A DNA stretch of 64,000 nucleotides, from NCBI RefSeq assembly GCF_009834535.1, contig NC_045698.1, forward strand, positions 1,366,001-1,430,000. Direction: 5' to 3'. The stretch comes from Camelus ferus (taxonomy: Eukaryota). Below, in pieces: positions 62,940 to 64,000 of this stretch (positions within the stretch are counted from its first letter, which is position 1; each line of letters begins with the position of its first letter). Made by a program: the position numbers and the translations under genes. The notes below the pieces were generated by a model that was not told the DNA's origin, did no database searches, and saw nothing but the letters and a program-made list of their open reading frames with translations.

Positions 62940-63380
62940 TGTTGTGACTTGAATTGTGTTCTTCAAAAAGCTATGTTCACGTCTTAACCGCCAGCACCTG
63001 TGAAAGAGGGTCTGTGCGGAGACAATTAGCCACGTGAGATCTTATTGGAGTAGGTGGGCTCTAAATCTGGTGTGACTACTGAGCTCATAAGAGGAGGAGA
63101 AGACACGGGGACAGACACGCAGAGAGGGGAGCCCACGGGGACGTGGAGGCAGAGGTTGGAGTGACGCTCCTAGAAGCCAAGGAACACCCAGGACTGCAGC
63201 ATCCGCCAGAAGCTGGAAGCGCCAAGGATGGATTCTCCCCTAGAGCCTCAGAGACGGCGTGGCCCTGCAACACCATGATGTAGGACTTCTGGTCCCCAGG
63301 ACTCTGATAATAAATTGCTGTTGTTTTCAGTTGCCCTGGCTTGTGGTACTTTGCTATAACAGCCCCAGGAAGCTAATCCA
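62940..63380 (+). mobile_element. MLT1B/C-like (MaLR) solo LTR, nearly full length
   Basis: tgttgtgacttgaattgtgt...ggaggcagaggttggagtga...agccaagga...gattctcccctagagcct...AATAAAttgctgttgtttt...ttgtggtactttg...ggaagctaatcca. Confidence 0.92.
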
Positions 63381-64000
63381 CACAGCAACAAAGACGCCAC
63401 GATGCTGGTGCAGCAGCAGACAACAGAGCAGGAGAGGAAGACCAGAAGCACCCACAGCTACACGGAAGTTTGCAGGCAGTGGAGGTGGCGCCCCAACTCA
63501 GGAGCAAGGGCAGACTCCCTAAGACCTGGGGCCAGGAAACCGGCGAATATGAAATAGGGGCAGGGGCTCCCTAAGTGCCTGGTATCCAAACTAAAGAATG
63601 AAATATGACATGAAAAATGTCGCAACTTTTTAAGGAAATTATTGTTATGGAATCACAAGAAGGAAATGTTTCTAAAAAAAGACTTTAGGAGAAAAAGAAG
63701 GAGCCGTGAAGACGGAGGATGAAGGATGAAGACGGAGGGGGAGGGGTGGATGGAGACAATTGTGCCCAACGCTGCCTCTGCCCGCTCAGCGTGCACACCA
63801 GGCTTCCGGGTCTCCGCTTTGGCTGCCCCTCCTCTCCTTCAGAAACAGCGTCCGGCTGCAGTAGACACCTCCGCACATCACTGCCCTGGCTGATGCGGAA
63901 GGAAACTCATCCTAGTCAATTAAGGCTTCAGTCTCCTCATCGCCATAATGCAGGTGGCAGTGCGACCCTTACCGGACACTCCGCATCGACGCGCTAGGTT

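Noticed and set aside
62935..63385. 5-bp TSD around the MLT1 LTR (and 4-bp TSD around the LTR at 29915-30242)
   Set aside because: The flanks do not match cleanly (ccacg vs cacag; catc vs gtag).
1..64000. CRISPR array, prokaryotic operon or defence system
   Set aside because: The sequence is mammalian. It has no regularly spaced direct repeats with unique spacers and no gene-dense organisation.
1..64000. Assignment to a specific locus or host gene
   Set aside because: No exon was recognised. A GC-rich region with enhancer-like islands fits several developmental gene deserts, so an alignment is required.

Overview
This is mammalian genomic DNA, GC- and CpG-rich and subtelomere-like. It is most likely from a camelid (inference from two tRNA-Ala-derived SINEs resembling the camelid Vic-1 family, plus cetartiodactyl-type L1 3' ends). 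I can support no intact protein-coding gene, rRNA, tRNA or CRISPR array. The many ORFs in the track are GC-rich or microsatellite-derived noise; the only recognisable peptides are decayed L1 ORF2 fragments. The window looks like a large intron or gene desert with three components. (i) Interspersed repeats: L1 of several ages, L2, MIR, MLT1 and ERV1 solo LTRs, and hAT DNA transposons. (ii) Several long degenerate microsatellites and G4/i-motif-prone arrays. (iii) Unique AT-rich islands dense in homeodomain, PBX-HOX/MEIS and POU motifs, which look like developmental enhancers. The best-supported observations are a twin-primed (5'-inverted) L1 with target-site duplication, nested insertions in an old L1, strong local GC/CpG skew between copies of the same repeat family, and the candidate enhancer clusters. 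Repeat family names come from my recollection of consensus sequences, not from a database search, and most boundaries are approximate. I found no convincing novel biological system.
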